Source of the DNA: an uncultured Alphaproteobacteria bacterium
Lineage (GTDB): Bacteria; Electryoneota; RPQS01
NCBI GenBank assembly: GCA_964406405.1
Contig: CAYORN010000002.1
Span: 248,025 to 312,024 of the forward strand
Length of the DNA: 64,000 bases
Reading direction: 5' to 3'
Shown here: positions 16,895-27,091 of the stretch, one piece after another
Position numbering within the stretch: the stretch's first letter is position 1
How the letters are laid out: every line of letters begins with the position of its first letter
The notes under the pieces: generated by a model
Told to the model about the DNA's origin: nothing
Database searches by the model: none
The model's input: the letters and a program-made list of their open reading frames with translations, nothing else
Position numbers and translations under genes: made by a program

Positions 16895-18739
16895 ATGATG
16901 GTTCGCAGTTTCGTAAGAGATCTGAAATTCTTACTATTTGTAATTCTCATCGGATGTTCAGGAAGCGACGACGGAGGAACAACATCTGGGCCGCCGAGTG
17001 CCCCTACCGATCTTCACATTCTCAGCACGACCGCGACAAGCGTTCAGATGCAGTGGACCGATAACGCGACGGACGAGGACGCGTACTATGTGGAGCGTTC
17101 ACCAGTGAATAACCAGTCCTATCAGCAAATCGCTACCCTGGCGCCCAATATCTTTGCCTACTACGACGCGGGTCTGACATCAGGTTCAACGTACTTCTAT
17201 CGAGTGCGGGCTGGGAGGGGAGGGAGTTTCTCCACGTACTCCAACGAAATCGTAGCGGTTGCAGTGCCAAACGTTCCGCCGCAATTCCCAGAGGTGATCT
17301 ATCCGGCTAACGGGGCTACCAACATTTCCCTGTCACCTACTCTTAGGTGGAGCGCGAATGATGCAGACGGCGACCCATTATTGTTCGATGTCTTCTTTGG
17401 GAAGCAACCGAATCCGCCTCTTGTATCCGGTAATCTGCCGGAAGCTTCCCTTCAGAGAACTGGTCTCGACACCAACACAGTTTACTACTGGAAGGTGGTC
17501 GCGAAAGATAGCTATCTCGAAACGTCCGGACCGGTCTGGACATTCCGGACCGGATTCGGCGGCCCATCTATCGCAGTGATCTATCCGAATGGTGGCGAAA
17601 CACTGATCGCAGATTTTTCCGCTGCAATCCTGTGGACATCAGATCAACTGATCGGTACGGTCGATATTCTACTCAGTACGGACGGAGGAAACAACTGGCC
17701 CTATGTTGTCGCATCGAATGCTACTAACACAGGTTCTTTCGTTTGGTCTCTGACGCAAACCTACGGGCCGTCATGCCGACTGCGCATTCAGAGTAGTGCG
17801 AATCCTGAAGTGTATGATGAAAGTGATGGAGATTTTGCTGTTCGCTCGTCGTGGTGGGTGGCCCAGGACAGTGGGACGAACGCGGAACTCAGGGATGTGG
17901 CTTTCACGGACGCATCCAACGGTTGGGCAGTCGGCGATTGGGCAGTCGGCTGGGATGAAGGAACAATCCTACACACTACGAACGGCGGTGTAAGTTGGGA
18001 AGCACAAAACAGCGGGGCCTACGGTTCGCTCTATGGCGTAGCTTTCACGGACGCGAACAACGGTTGGGCGGTTGGAGGGGATGCCTTTGAAACTATTCTA
18101 CACACTTCAAACGGCGGTGCAAGTTGGGCGTCTCTAAGCAGCGGCAGGTTCGTAGGACTCATGGGCGTGGCCTTCACGGATGCGTCCAACGGCTGGATGG
18201 TCGGGCGGAATGGATGGGTTGTACACACGTCGAACGGTGGCATAAGCTGGGAAGCGCAGAATAGTGGGGCTTTAACGTGGCTCAACGGCGTGGCTTTCAC
18301 GGACGCATCCAACGGCTGGGCAGTCGGCGGTCCGAATCCGAATAATGGAACAATCATCCTACATACCGCCAACGGCGGTGTAAACTGGTTTACCCAGAAC
18401 AGCGGGACAGAATTCCCGCTCAACGGCGTGACCTTTACAGACACAAATAACGGCTGGGTAGTCGGGGATCATGGAACGATTCTACACACTACGAACGGCG
18501 GTGTAAACTGGTTTACCCAGAACAGCGGGACGAACGAAGAACTCAGGGACGTAGCTTTCACGGACGCATCCAACGGCTGGGTAGTTGGGTATGAAGGAAC
18601 AATCCTACACACTACAAACGGTGGTGTAAGCTGGGTGCGCCTAAACAGCGGGACCAGCGTTCGGCTCAATGGCGTAGTATTCACAGCCGCCAACAATGGC
18701 TGGGTGGTCGGGGATGACGGAACGATTCTGAAGTGGTGA
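16895..18739 (+). CDS. Lipoprotein with FN3 domains and a BNR/Ycf48-like repeat beta-propeller
   Basis: Lipobox LIGCSG. FN3-like segments. Eight or more repeats of the form ILHTTNGGVSWxxQNSG...GVAFTDxxNGWAVG. Confidence 0.65.
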   Translation: MMVRSFVRDLKFLLFVILIGCSGSDDGGTTSGPPSAPTDLHILSTTATSVQMQWTDNATDEDAYYVERSPVNNQSYQQIATLAPNIFAYYDAGLTSGSTYFYRVRAGRGGSFSTYSNEIVAVAVPNVPPQFPEVIYPANGATNISLSPTLRWSANDADGDPLLFDVFFGKQPNPPLVSGNLPEASLQRTGLDTNTVYYWKVVAKDSYLETSGPVWTFRTGFGGPSIAVIYPNGGETLIADFSAAILWTSDQLIGTVDILLSTDGGNNWPYVVASNATNTGSFVWSLTQTYGPSCRLRIQSSANPEVYDESDGDFAVRSSWWVAQDSGTNAELRDVAFTDASNGWAVGDWAVGWDEGTILHTTNGGVSWEAQNSGAYGSLYGVAFTDANNGWAVGGDAFETILHTSNGGASWASLSSGRFVGLMGVAFTDASNGWMVGRNGWVVHTSNGGISWEAQNSGALTWLNGVAFTDASNGWAVGGPNPNNGTIILHTANGGVNWFTQNSGTEFPLNGVTFTDTNNGWVVGDHGTILHTTNGGVNWFTQNSGTNEELRDVAFTDASNGWVVGYEGTILHTTNGGVSWVRLNSGTSVRLNGVVFTAANNGWVVGDDGTILKW

Positions 18740-18823
18740 ACGAAGACGGCGAACCAAATCTGTTTGCTTGTTGGTACACAGAGCGATCAGGAAACAAAGA
18801 ACATTAATAGGAGAAATGCGATC

Positions 18824-19465
18824 ATGAGCATGATCATTCACGATTACGGACGATTTTGGAACCCACTAGTAGTGGACTGGCGATCTAAGACTCTGAAGGG
18901 GTATGTGAGAAGAAAGAAGAACGAAGGTGCGCGCGACTTCTGGAAAGCAAACGGAGTTTATGTGCTCCACAAGGACTTTGAATTGGTGTACGTCGGTCGT
19001 ACTACTAATCAGCCGATTGGCGACAGGTTGAAATACCATCTCATTGACAACCTAGCCGGGCGATGGAACTCCTTCTCTTGGTTCTCAGTGTCAACGCCCA
19101 CATCCGACGGAGTCAGAGCGACAACGGGCATAAAGCACAACGTGTCTCCTGCAGAAGCCGCGACAACGCTCGAAGCTCTTGCCATCATGATTGCACGTCC
19201 GCAACTTAATCGTGCTGAGGTAAAGTTTCCCGGTAAGGCTCAAGAGATCGTGCAACTCATCCCGGACACCAAGAAAACGTTACTGAAAATGTCGGAACTT
19301 GATGAACGAGATCTTCTCGGCAACATCCATGAGGCTGTATTGCAGCTAAGTTCCGCGTCAGAGAAACCTCGAGCACCTAAAGCGAGGTCACAGAAAAAGT
19401 CCAAGGTAAAGAAACATGCTGGAGGTTCGCTAAGGCGGAGCAAGCGGAACCGAAAACGAGGATGA
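18824..19465 (+). CDS. GIY-YIG nuclease-domain protein with a basic C-terminal tail, on a low-GC islet
   Basis: GVYVLHKDFELVYVGRTTNQPIGDRLKYH, then E (TLEALAIM) and N (PQLN), matches the GIY..YIG..R..H..E..N pattern. Local GC is about 48-50% against about 62% in the flanks. ORF track 18764..19465; probable start MSMIIHDYG. Confidence 0.5.
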   Translation: MSMIIHDYGRFWNPLVVDWRSKTLKGYVRRKKNEGARDFWKANGVYVLHKDFELVYVGRTTNQPIGDRLKYHLIDNLAGRWNSFSWFSVSTPTSDGVRATTGIKHNVSPAEAATTLEALAIMIARPQLNRAEVKFPGKAQEIVQLIPDTKKTLLKMSELDERDLLGNIHEAVLQLSSASEKPRAPKARSQKKSKVKKHAGGSLRRSKRNRKRG

Positions 19466-19507
19466 CCGGACGGCCGTGCGGCACTATATGGTGGGAGTTA
19501 AAGCTTC

Positions 19508-19533
19508 ACGGCCACAACAAATTGTGGCCCTAC
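19508..19533 (-). repeat. GTAG-type REP (minus strand GTAGGGCCACAATTTGTTGTGGCC)
   Basis: Hairpin GGCCACAACAAATTGTGGCC followed by CTAC on the plus strand. Confidence 0.4.
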
Positions 19534-19574
19534 AACATACACAACAAGCACCTTTTCAACAGGAATAACCTTTC

Positions 19575-20885
19575 ATGGAAGACTCCAAACGCAGAGATGC
19601 GATTCAACAATTCTATCTGAAATACGGCTTCGCCACGCGCTGTTTGCACGCGGGCGAAAAGATCGGACAGCCGAAATCCAAGACGCACACCAACGCGATT
19701 TTTCAAAGTTCCACCTTCATCTTTGACAATGCCGAGGAAGGCGCAGATCTCTTCGCGGCGCGGAAGACCGGCTTCGTTTACACAAGGATGGGCAACCCCA
19801 CCGTGCTCGTTGCCGAAGCCAAGCTGAACGCGCTGGAAGGGCGCGACGTGAAGCTCGCCGATCCGGAGAACGTGCGCATCTCCTCCCTGCTCTATTCGTC
19901 GGGCATGGCCGCCACCTCGAGTTTGTGCTTTGCGCTGCTGCATCCCGGCGACGTGCTCTTGCGCGGCGAAGTGCTCTACGGCTCCACCGACCATTTCTTC
20001 AACGACGTGCTGCCCAAGTTCAACGTGAAGACGGTCGTCGTGAACACGTGCAAGCTCGATGAGGTCAAGAAGGCGATCAAGGCCTATCCTAAAGCCAAGA
20101 TGATCTTTTTTGAGACGCCGACGAATCCGCTCATGGACATTTCCGACATCGCCGAGATCACGAAGATCGTGAAGGCAGTGAACCCGGAGATCCTTGTCAC
20201 CGTGGACAACACGTTCTCGACGCCGTATCTGCAGATGCCGTTGAACTTAGGCGCGGACGTGGTGATGCATTCGACGACGAAATATCTGTCGGGGCACGGC
20301 ACGATCATCGGCGGCGCGCTGGTCACGCGGCACGACTGGGTGAAGGACGCGCTCTTCAAGACGATGAAAGACATCGGCTCGTGCCCGTCGCCGTTCGACT
20401 GCTGGCTGCTGAATCTCGGCATGAAGACGCTGCCGATCCGCATGGACAAGCATTGCCGGAATGCAATGGCGGTGGCGAAGTGGCTGGAAAAGCATCCGAA
20501 AGTCACGCGCGTGTTCTATCCCGGCCTCGAATCGCATCCGCAGCACGCGCTCGCCAAACGGCAGATGAAAGACTTCGGCGGAATGATTTCGTTCGATCTG
20601 GCCGGCGGCTATGAAGCGGCGAAAACAGTGATGAATCACGTGCACGTGTTCTCGCTGGCGGTGTCGCTCGGCTGCGTGGACTCGTTGATTCAGCATCCGG
20701 CCTCGATGACGCATGCGATTTACACGCCCGAAGCGCGCGCGCATGCGGGCATTACTGACGGTTTGATTCGCCTTTCCGTCGGCATCGAAGACGAAGAGGA
20801 TTTGATCAAAGATTTAGACCACGCGCTGAAGCTGTGCGCGGAAGCGGTGCCGGCGCGGCGGAAGGCGGAAGCGGCAAGCGTCTAA
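19575..20885 (+). CDS. PLP-dependent Cys/Met-metabolism enzyme (methionine gamma-lyase / cystathionine gamma-synthase family)
   Basis: PLP-lysine motif STTKYLSGHGTIIGG. Conserved N-terminal TRMGNPT. 436 aa. Confidence 0.8.
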   Translation: MEDSKRRDAIQQFYLKYGFATRCLHAGEKIGQPKSKTHTNAIFQSSTFIFDNAEEGADLFAARKTGFVYTRMGNPTVLVAEAKLNALEGRDVKLADPENVRISSLLYSSGMAATSSLCFALLHPGDVLLRGEVLYGSTDHFFNDVLPKFNVKTVVVNTCKLDEVKKAIKAYPKAKMIFFETPTNPLMDISDIAEITKIVKAVNPEILVTVDNTFSTPYLQMPLNLGADVVMHSTTKYLSGHGTIIGGALVTRHDWVKDALFKTMKDIGSCPSPFDCWLLNLGMKTLPIRMDKHCRNAMAVAKWLEKHPKVTRVFYPGLESHPQHALAKRQMKDFGGMISFDLAGGYEAAKTVMNHVHVFSLAVSLGCVDSLIQHPASMTHAIYTPEARAHAGITDGLIRLSVGIEDEEDLIKDLDHALKLCAEAVPARRKAEAASV

Positions 20886-21040
20886 GTACGTAAAATCAAT
20901 CGTCGTCGCCAGACCCACCACGGCGAGCCTCTTGGGCCGGTGCAATCAACCTTTTTCGTCGTTTGCCCATCTAACGAGCAGAAAAGCCGCGCCGGGCGGA
21001 ACTTTCCGGGGCGGCTTACTCGTTTATTAGAAGAATATCA

Positions 21041-21078
21041 GACCCCCCTTTATCCCCCCGCAAGCGGAGGGAAACCGA
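21041..21078 (+). repeat. Hairpin element CAGACCCCCCTTTATCCCCCCGCAAGCGGAGGG
   Basis: Shares CAGACCCCCCTTTA(A)TCCCCCC with 23055-23089. Confidence 0.5.
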
Positions 21079-21084
21079 AAGCAG

Positions 21085-22347
21085 ATGAAACGAACACTAA
21101 CAATCCTGATCCCTGTGCTGGTGATTGCCGGAGGGCTGATCTGGTGGTTTGCCGGGCGCACCGACAAGACGGTTGCTCCTTACCGACTGGGTGTGGTGGA
21201 TCGCGGGCCGGTGCAAGTCGCCGTGACCGCCACCGGGACCGCCAGCGCCGTCACGACCGTCACGGTAGGTTCGCAGGTTTCGGGAACGATCAAGGAAATT
21301 CTGGTAGATTTCAATTCGCTGGTGCATAAAGGGCAGGTGCTCGCGCGGCTGGACCCGACGTTTCTGCAGGCGAGTGTTTCCGAAGCCGAGGCCAATCTCG
21401 AGAAAGCGCAGGCTACCGAAAATCAGGCCGAGCGCGACTTGACGCGCACGACCGACCTCGCCGAGAAAAACTTGGTGGCCCGGGCCGAACTGGATAACGC
21501 GCAGACAAACGTCGAGACCGCAAAGGCGAGTGTGCGGCAAGTCGAATCCGCTCTTACGCGTGCGCGTGTAAATCTTGCCTACTCCGTTATCACCTCGCCG
21601 ATTGACGGCGTCGTGGTTTCGCGCAATGTGGACGTGGGACAGACCGTGGCCGCGAGTTTGCAGGCGCCCACGCTGTTTACGATTGCGCAGGACCTGCGCC
21701 AGATGCAGATCGAAACCAACATTGACGAAGCGGACATCGGACAGATCGAGCCGGGCATGGATGCATCGTTCACCGTGGACACGTATCCCGACGAAACGTT
21801 TCATGCGCGGATTGATCAGATCCGCTATGCCGCAAAGGAAGAACAAGGCGTGGTGACGTATCCGGTGATCCTGCGCGTGGACAATCCGGATTTGAAATTG
21901 CGTCCCGGCATGACGGCAAATGTCACGATTGTGACGGCGAAGCGAGACGATGTACTGAGAATGCCCGCGGCCGCGCTGCGTTTTCGTCCCCCCGATTACA
22001 AGTCGCCGGAACGCGGGAATCATGGAGGGAACGATTCCACCCGTGCCGACAGCAGCGGACGCGGAAATTGGCAGGGGCGGCACGGCAAGCGCGATTCGAC
22101 GAGCGTAGCCGCGACGACTCCCGCTGAGCCGCCGAAACGCCCGGTGACGGTGTTTACCACAGGCAAGGACGGCAAGCCGGAGCCACGCAATGTGATTCCC
22201 GGCCTTAACGACGGCACGCGTGTGGAGATTATCAGCGGCGCTCTCGCGCCGGGGGATTCCGTGATTGTGGGCATGGCCGGCACCAACGCGGGCGGGCAGC
22301 GCTCAACGATGCCGCCAGGCATGGGCGGCGGTCCGGGTCGGCGATGA
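21085..22347 (+). CDS. macA: Efflux-pump periplasmic adaptor subunit (HlyD/MacA family)
   Basis: N-terminal TM segment, coiled-coil and beta-barrel adaptor regions ([18 protein letters not shown]). Sits in an operon with the MacB ATPase and permease. Confidence 0.7.
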   Translation: MKRTLTILIPVLVIAGGLIWWFAGRTDKTVAPYRLGVVDRGPVQVAVTATGTASAVTTVTVGSQVSGTIKEILVDFNSLVHKGQVLARLDPTFLQASVSEAEANLEKAQATENQAERDLTRTTDLAEKNLVARAELDNAQTNVETAKASVRQVESALTRARVNLAYSVITSPIDGVVVSRNVDVGQTVAASLQAPTLFTIAQDLRQMQIETNIDEADIGQIEPGMDASFTVDTYPDETFHARIDQIRYAAKEEQGVVTYPVILRVDNPDLKLRPGMTANVTIVTAKRDDVLRMPAAALRFRPPDYKSPERGNHGGNDSTRADSSGRGNWQGRHGKRDSTSVAATTPAEPPKRPVTVFTTGKDGKPEPRNVIPGLNDGTRVEIISGALAPGDSVIVGMAGTNAGGQRSTMPPGMGGGPGRR

Positions 22348-23069
22348 GCGGCAATCATCCCGCGGTCATTGCGATCCGCGAGCTGGTCAAGACTTACACG
22401 ATGGGCGACGTGCAGGTGCACGCGCTGCGCGGGCTTTCGCTCGACGTTGAGCGCGGCGAGTTCGTGGCGATTCTCGGCGCGTCCGGCTCCGGCAAGTCCA
22501 CGCTGATGAATATTGTCGGCTGTCTGGATCATCCGACCTCCGGCCGCTATTCACTGAACGGCACTGAAGTCTCGCAGCTTTCACGCAGCGAGCTTGCCCA
22601 CATCCGCAATCAGACCGTCGGCTTTGTATTTCAGGGCTTCAATTTGTTGGCACGAACATCGGCACTGGAGAATGTGGAACTGCCGCTGATCTACTCCGAC
22701 TGCACGGCGGCAGAGCGGCATGCCCGCGCCATGGAAGCGCTGACGCGGGTCGGCTTGGCGGACCGCGTGCATCACTTCCCCTCCCAGCTTTCGGGCGGAC
22801 AGCAACAGCGCGTGGCCATTGCCCGCGCGCTTGTCAACCGGCCGGCGCTGATTCTGGCGGATGAACCGACCGGGAATTTAGACACGAAGACGAGCCAGGA
22901 AGTCATGCAGCTTTTCCAGGAATTGAACGACGAGGGCAAAACCATCATTCTGATCACGCACGAACTTGATATTGGCGCGCATGCCAAGCGGCGGATCTGG
23001 CTCCGCGACGGAGAGATCTCGCATGAAGAAAGATCCGAAATCAAGAATTCGAGTCAGACCCCCCTTTAA
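22344..23069 (+). CDS. macB: ABC transporter ATP-binding protein (MacB/LolD-type)
   Basis: Walker [13 protein letters not shown] signature [15 protein letters not shown]. Walker [12 protein letters not shown]. Overlaps macA by 4 nt. Confidence 0.85.
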   Translation: MSGNHPAVIAIRELVKTYTMGDVQVHALRGLSLDVERGEFVAILGASGSGKSTLMNIVGCLDHPTSGRYSLNGTEVSQLSRSELAHIRNQTVGFVFQGFNLLARTSALENVELPLIYSDCTAAERHARAMEALTRVGLADRVHHFPSQLSGGQQQRVAIARALVNRPALILADEPTGNLDTKTSQEVMQLFQELNDEGKTIILITHELDIGAHAKRRIWLRDGEISHEERSEIKNSSQTPL

Positions 23070-23200
23070 TCCCCCCATCGTATGGGGGGAGAAGTGATGC
23101 TCAAAGAGGCGGTTGACGATTGAGAATTTGTGCCGTCTCGAGTACATTTACGAATTTCTCTTTCCCCCACACGGTGGGGGAAAATACAAAGGGGGTCTGA
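23055..23200. repeat. About 150 bp structured inverted-repeat element (MITE-like): CAGACCCCCC-TTTAAT-CCCCCCATCGTATGGGGGG ... CCCCCACACGGTGGGGG-AAAATACAAA-GGGGGTCTG
   Basis: The right arm (23165-23200) is the reverse complement of the left arm (23055-23089). The spacer is about 70 nt. Lies between the macB ATPase and permease genes. Confidence 0.55.
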
Positions 23201-23210
23201 GTCTTAAGCT

Positions 23211-24431
23211 ATGAATATTCCTGTCCTCTTCCGCGTATCGCTGCGCGCGCTGCTGCGTAATAAAATGCGCTCATTCTTAACGATGCTGGGCATCGTGATC
23301 GGCGTGGCGGCGGTGATTTCGATGGTGAGCATTACGAGCGGCGCGCGCACCGCCGTGAAGTCGCAGATCTCCTCGCTGGGCGACAACGTGTTCATGATTT
23401 TCTCCGGCTCGTTCAGCCGCTCGGGAACGCGCATGGGCTTCGGCACGCGGCAGAATCTTACGCTGGAAGACGTGCAGGCGATCCGCGAGCAGTCCCCCAG
23501 CATACGCTACGTCAGTCCGATGGTGCGATCGAGCGGGCAGCTTGTGTTTGCCGATCAGAACTGGACGACACAGCTCTACGGCGTTTCACCGGAGTATCTC
23601 GACATTCGGCGCTATGAAATCGCCCACGGCCGCATGTTCTCAGAGACCGACGAGCGCGGCTCCGCCAAGGTGGCCGTCGTCGGACAGACCGTCGTGGACA
23701 ATGTGTTCGGCGGCAGCGATCCGGTCGGCAGCATTGTGCGTGTGAAGCGCATGCCGTTTGAAATCATCGGCCGGCTCGCCCCCAAAGGCCAATCCTCGAT
23801 GGGGCAGGATCAGGATGATGTCGTACTGGTGCCGCTCTCGACGGCCGTCAAGAAATTTCAGGGCGGCGAAACGCGCGTGAACATGATCGTCGGTTCAGCG
23901 GTTACCTCCGAAGCTGTCCCGCAGGCGCAAGACGAGATCTCGACTGTGCTCCGCGCGCGCCATCGCATCGGCGCCGCTGACGACGATGATTTTATCATCC
24001 GCACGCAGTCCGAAATTTCCCAAGCCGTGGAAGGCCAGACGCAGACGATGACGGTTCTGCTCGGGTCGGTCGCGCTGGTATCACTGCTCGTCGGCGGCAT
24101 CGGGATTATGAACATCATGCTCGTCTCGGTCACCGAGCGCACGCGCGAGATCGGCATTCGGATGTCCGTCGGCGCGCGTGAGCGCGACATCCTCTGGCAA
24201 TTCCTGCTCGAAGCGATTTCGCTCTCTGCGCTGGGCGGCCTGCTGGGGATTGCGCTCGGCTACACGGTCTCGGTGATCATCAGCAAATTTGCGGGATGGC
24301 CGACACAAATTGATCCCGCCACGGCGTTCATCGCGCTTGCGTTTGCCAGTCTGGTCGGCATTTTCTTCGGCTTCTACCCTGCCCGCAAAGCGTCACGATT
24401 GGATCCGATTGAAGCGCTGAGATACGAATAG
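23211..24431 (+). CDS. ABC transporter permease (MacB/FtsX-like, 4-TM)
   Basis: N-terminal TM segment, a large periplasmic domain and a C-terminal FtsX-like region (GIRMSVGARERDILWQFLLEA). Confidence 0.8.
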   Translation: MNIPVLFRVSLRALLRNKMRSFLTMLGIVIGVAAVISMVSITSGARTAVKSQISSLGDNVFMIFSGSFSRSGTRMGFGTRQNLTLEDVQAIREQSPSIRYVSPMVRSSGQLVFADQNWTTQLYGVSPEYLDIRRYEIAHGRMFSETDERGSAKVAVVGQTVVDNVFGGSDPVGSIVRVKRMPFEIIGRLAPKGQSSMGQDQDDVVLVPLSTAVKKFQGGETRVNMIVGSAVTSEAVPQAQDEISTVLRARHRIGAADDDDFIIRTQSEISQAVEGQTQTMTVLLGSVALVSLLVGGIGIMNIMLVSVTERTREIGIRMSVGARERDILWQFLLEAISLSALGGLLGIALGYTVSVIISKFAGWPTQIDPATAFIALAFASLVGIFFGFYPARKASRLDPIEALRYE

Positions 24432-24483
24432 GCCACAAGGCAGATCTTGAACCTGATCTGTTTAGTCCGACTATTGACAGGTT

Positions 24484-25476
24484 TTGGAAAACATGAGATC
24501 TCGCATTGTCAGTTCTAATTCGTTGCGTAACAGACTCTTCGTGAAACTGCTGACGTGCATGCTTGTCATTGCGACAGCCATATCTTGCTGGGCAGATGGT
24601 GATGATGACTGGATTCCGAGTCTCTATGATCCGTATGAATGGGTGCCGATAGAACAGCATCCCGCCTGCGATCCTTTGGATACTCCACCCGATACCGGTG
24701 TGTTTAACCAGACCTATGTGCTTGCCGCTATTCCTAAGTTTGGCTACCCCTACCACTACACCTTGGTTGCGGGCATTAATGACACGCTGAGTATTACCAT
24801 CAGCCTCAGCAATTTCACGGAAAAGGAGTATGACTTGACAGGGAAGGACTATGGCCAGTGGTTTGCGCCGCAGGTCTATCAAATGCATGTTACCAACTCT
24901 GCAGGTCCCGCATTTCGAGACTCCACACAATTGGGATACCGGGTTCGCGGGTGGTACAGCAGTCAAATTCGGCATCCCGACCAATCCAAATTGCCGGCTC
25001 GGGCATCGTGGTATGACATCAAATTGGATGTATGGAATTTGCCGGAAGGCGACTTCCAAATGTGCGTCTTTCCAACAGACAAGATTCCGAGCGATTTTGG
25101 TGCTCGGACGAGCGGAGGTGGATTTGAGTTCTATCCCGCCCGAGATCTGGCGGACAGTTGCAACGGCTACGAAGGTCTGTTCTGGCGCACTTGGGAGGAC
25201 AGTAATTTTGCTGATGCGGGTAAATGGGTGGATGAGATCATGAACATCAATCCCAAATCCGTGCCGGGCTGGTGGCTCAAGGCTCACAACGCGCTTAGTT
25301 TGCAGGATACATCGGCGGCCAAAGATGCCTTTGACAGCGCCATTGAATTTCTGAACAGCGCCTCTGATCCTGCCATGCCAGATTCGACGACGCGAGCACT
25401 GAGCACCCACGAGAAGAACTATGTTGCCTGGCTCGAAGTAATTCTTCCCTATTATCGTGCGCAGCTGGGACCATAA
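24484..25476 (+). CDS. Secreted hypothetical protein, paralog A of a tandem pair
   Basis: Signal peptide. About 45% identical to 26011..26985 (WNLPEG.FQ.C..PTDK.PSDF, PGWWL.A.NAL.LQDT.AAK.AFD.AI..LN...DPAMPDST, C-terminus RAQLGP). Confidence 0.5.
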   Translation: MENMRSRIVSSNSLRNRLFVKLLTCMLVIATAISCWADGDDDWIPSLYDPYEWVPIEQHPACDPLDTPPDTGVFNQTYVLAAIPKFGYPYHYTLVAGINDTLSITISLSNFTEKEYDLTGKDYGQWFAPQVYQMHVTNSAGPAFRDSTQLGYRVRGWYSSQIRHPDQSKLPARASWYDIKLDVWNLPEGDFQMCVFPTDKIPSDFGARTSGGGFEFYPARDLADSCNGYEGLFWRTWEDSNFADAGKWVDEIMNINPKSVPGWWLKAHNALSLQDTSAAKDAFDSAIEFLNSASDPAMPDSTTRALSTHEKNYVAWLEVILPYYRAQLGP

Positions 25477-25531
25477 CCATAAGCGGCGGGTTTCGCCGAC
25501 TTAACCCGCCCCGACAACATATCTATCTGAG

Positions 25532-25572
25532 CCGGGGCACGATGAACAGATCGTGCCCCCGGTTTTGTTTCG
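25532..25572. terminator. Bidirectional terminator CCGGGGCACGAT-GAACAG-ATCGTGCCCCCGG-TTTTGTTT
   Basis: Lies between the convergent genes ending at 25476 (+) and 25574 (-). Confidence 0.6.
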
Positions 25573-25573
25573 A

Positions 25574-25882
25574 TTACGAGCGGCTGATCCACGCGAACAC
25601 TGCCGCGACGCCGGAGAGCACAATGCCCGTCATCACGCCCACCGCCCAGCGGCGAAAGGATTCGAGTGCAACGAGTCGTTCGTGATGCGCCGAGACCGAT
25701 GAATCCACGGTGCGGGAAAGCGCGGAGAGCTCCTTGCGCATACCGATGATTTGCTCGGTGAGATCGCCGACGCGCGCTATGCGGATTGGGCTGTATGGAT
25801 AGCCGACTTCTCTCAGGAGTGTCGCCAGGATATTGCTCATGAATTCGGACATGCTGTGGGGATGGAGCATCTGCATACCCAA
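25574..25882 (-). CDS. Small protein with a C-terminal TM helix (XhlA/holin-associated-like); start uncertain
   Basis: Coiled region followed by WAVGVMTGIVLSGVAAVFAWI. Confidence 0.3.
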   Translation of the reverse strand: MGMQMLHPHSMSEFMSNILATLLREVGYPYSPIRIARVGDLTEQIIGMRKELSALSRTVDSSVSAHHERLVALESFRRWAVGVMTGIVLSGVAAVFAWISRS

Positions 25883-26010
25883 ACCTGCACTCCAGGCCTC
25901 ACAATCATGGATTCAACTTGTGTGTATCCCAATAACCTCCATTTCATGCTCGGAGATTCGATCTTTGCGAATAGCAGCAAGGATTCATTCACGGTTAGGA
26001 GGGCTCACCG

Positions 26011-26985
26011 ATGAAGGCGTTATTGTGCAAACAATTGGCCTCGTTTGTTGCTCGGATAGCGTGCCTGTGCGCTACTCTTCTGCTTGTACCGGGCACAACT
26101 TTGTCCCAGCCAGAAGATACTGATTTCTATGTTCCCGAAATGTGGCGAGAGTACATTGAACCCCGCGCCTGCTTAGAGTATGCGTTCAAGCCGGACACCG
26201 GGCTACATAATAGCAACATTGTCTTTTATGGAGATTTGCCGGCTTTCGGCTATCCCCTTCATACCTGCTTGGTAAGCGGCATCAATGATACATTGAACGC
26301 TGGGATAACTCTCTACAACGGGACGTCAAAGGACTACGTCATAAAGGGAACAAAGTATGAGTTCTGGTTTGCTCCTCAGATCTATCAACTGTTTGTAGCA
26401 GCTACAGGCGGGTTGCCCTTTCGAGACTCTACGGAAATCGGCTACCGTTTCCGTTACTGGTCTCACGGGCGGATCAGAATACCAACCATTGATGCACTGA
26501 CAGTTGAAGAATCCGGTCGCTCGTCGCTCAAAATTGACATCTGGAATTTGCCAGAAGGCCGCTTTCAGATATGCTTGCAGCCGACAGATAAGGTTCCCTC
26601 CGACTTCAACGCAAAGGCTGACGGATATGTATTTGACTATCATGCTGCACAGAATCTGGCCGACAGTTGCAACGCATACGAAGCGTGTTTTTGGCGCGCA
26701 GATGAAGACAGCAATTTTTCCGCGGCAAAAGACTGGGCGGGGAAGATCACTGGCATCAATCCTGCTTCGGTACCCGGTTGGTGGTTGACAGCCTATAATG
26801 CGCTTCAGTTGCAGGATACGACGGCGGCTAAGAGTGCCTTTGATAAGGCTATCGATTACTTGAATAAGGGTGCGGACCCCGCCATGCCGGATTCCACCAA
26901 ACGGCCTTTGATGGAAATCGAGAAACTGTATATTCTGTGGCTGCAACGGTGGCTGCCGTGGAACCGCGCGCAACTTGGGCCGTAA
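26011..26985 (+). CDS. Secreted hypothetical protein, paralog B of a tandem pair
   Basis: See paralog A (24484..25476). Confidence 0.5.
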   Translation: MKALLCKQLASFVARIACLCATLLLVPGTTLSQPEDTDFYVPEMWREYIEPRACLEYAFKPDTGLHNSNIVFYGDLPAFGYPLHTCLVSGINDTLNAGITLYNGTSKDYVIKGTKYEFWFAPQIYQLFVAATGGLPFRDSTEIGYRFRYWSHGRIRIPTIDALTVEESGRSSLKIDIWNLPEGRFQICLQPTDKVPSDFNAKADGYVFDYHAAQNLADSCNAYEACFWRADEDSNFSAAKDWAGKITGINPASVPGWWLTAYNALQLQDTTAAKSAFDKAIDYLNKGADPAMPDSTKRPLMEIEKLYILWLQRWLPWNRAQLGP

Positions 26986-27039
26986 AAACACACCCAGATC
27001 CGACGCGGCGATACTGCGAGATGAACACTACAAGAGAAG

Positions 27040-27070
27040 CGGCGACCCTTGAACAGGTCGCCGTTTTTGC
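27040..27070. terminator. Terminator GGCGACC-CTTGAACA-GGTCGCC-GTTTTTGC
   Basis: Lies between the convergent genes 26985 (+) and 27092 (-). Confidence 0.55.
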
Positions 27071-27091
27071 TTCACATTTCCTATTCCAATT

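Noticed and set aside
21097-22083. 328-aa minus ORF inside macA
   Set aside because: Antisense artefact of a GC-rich coding region.
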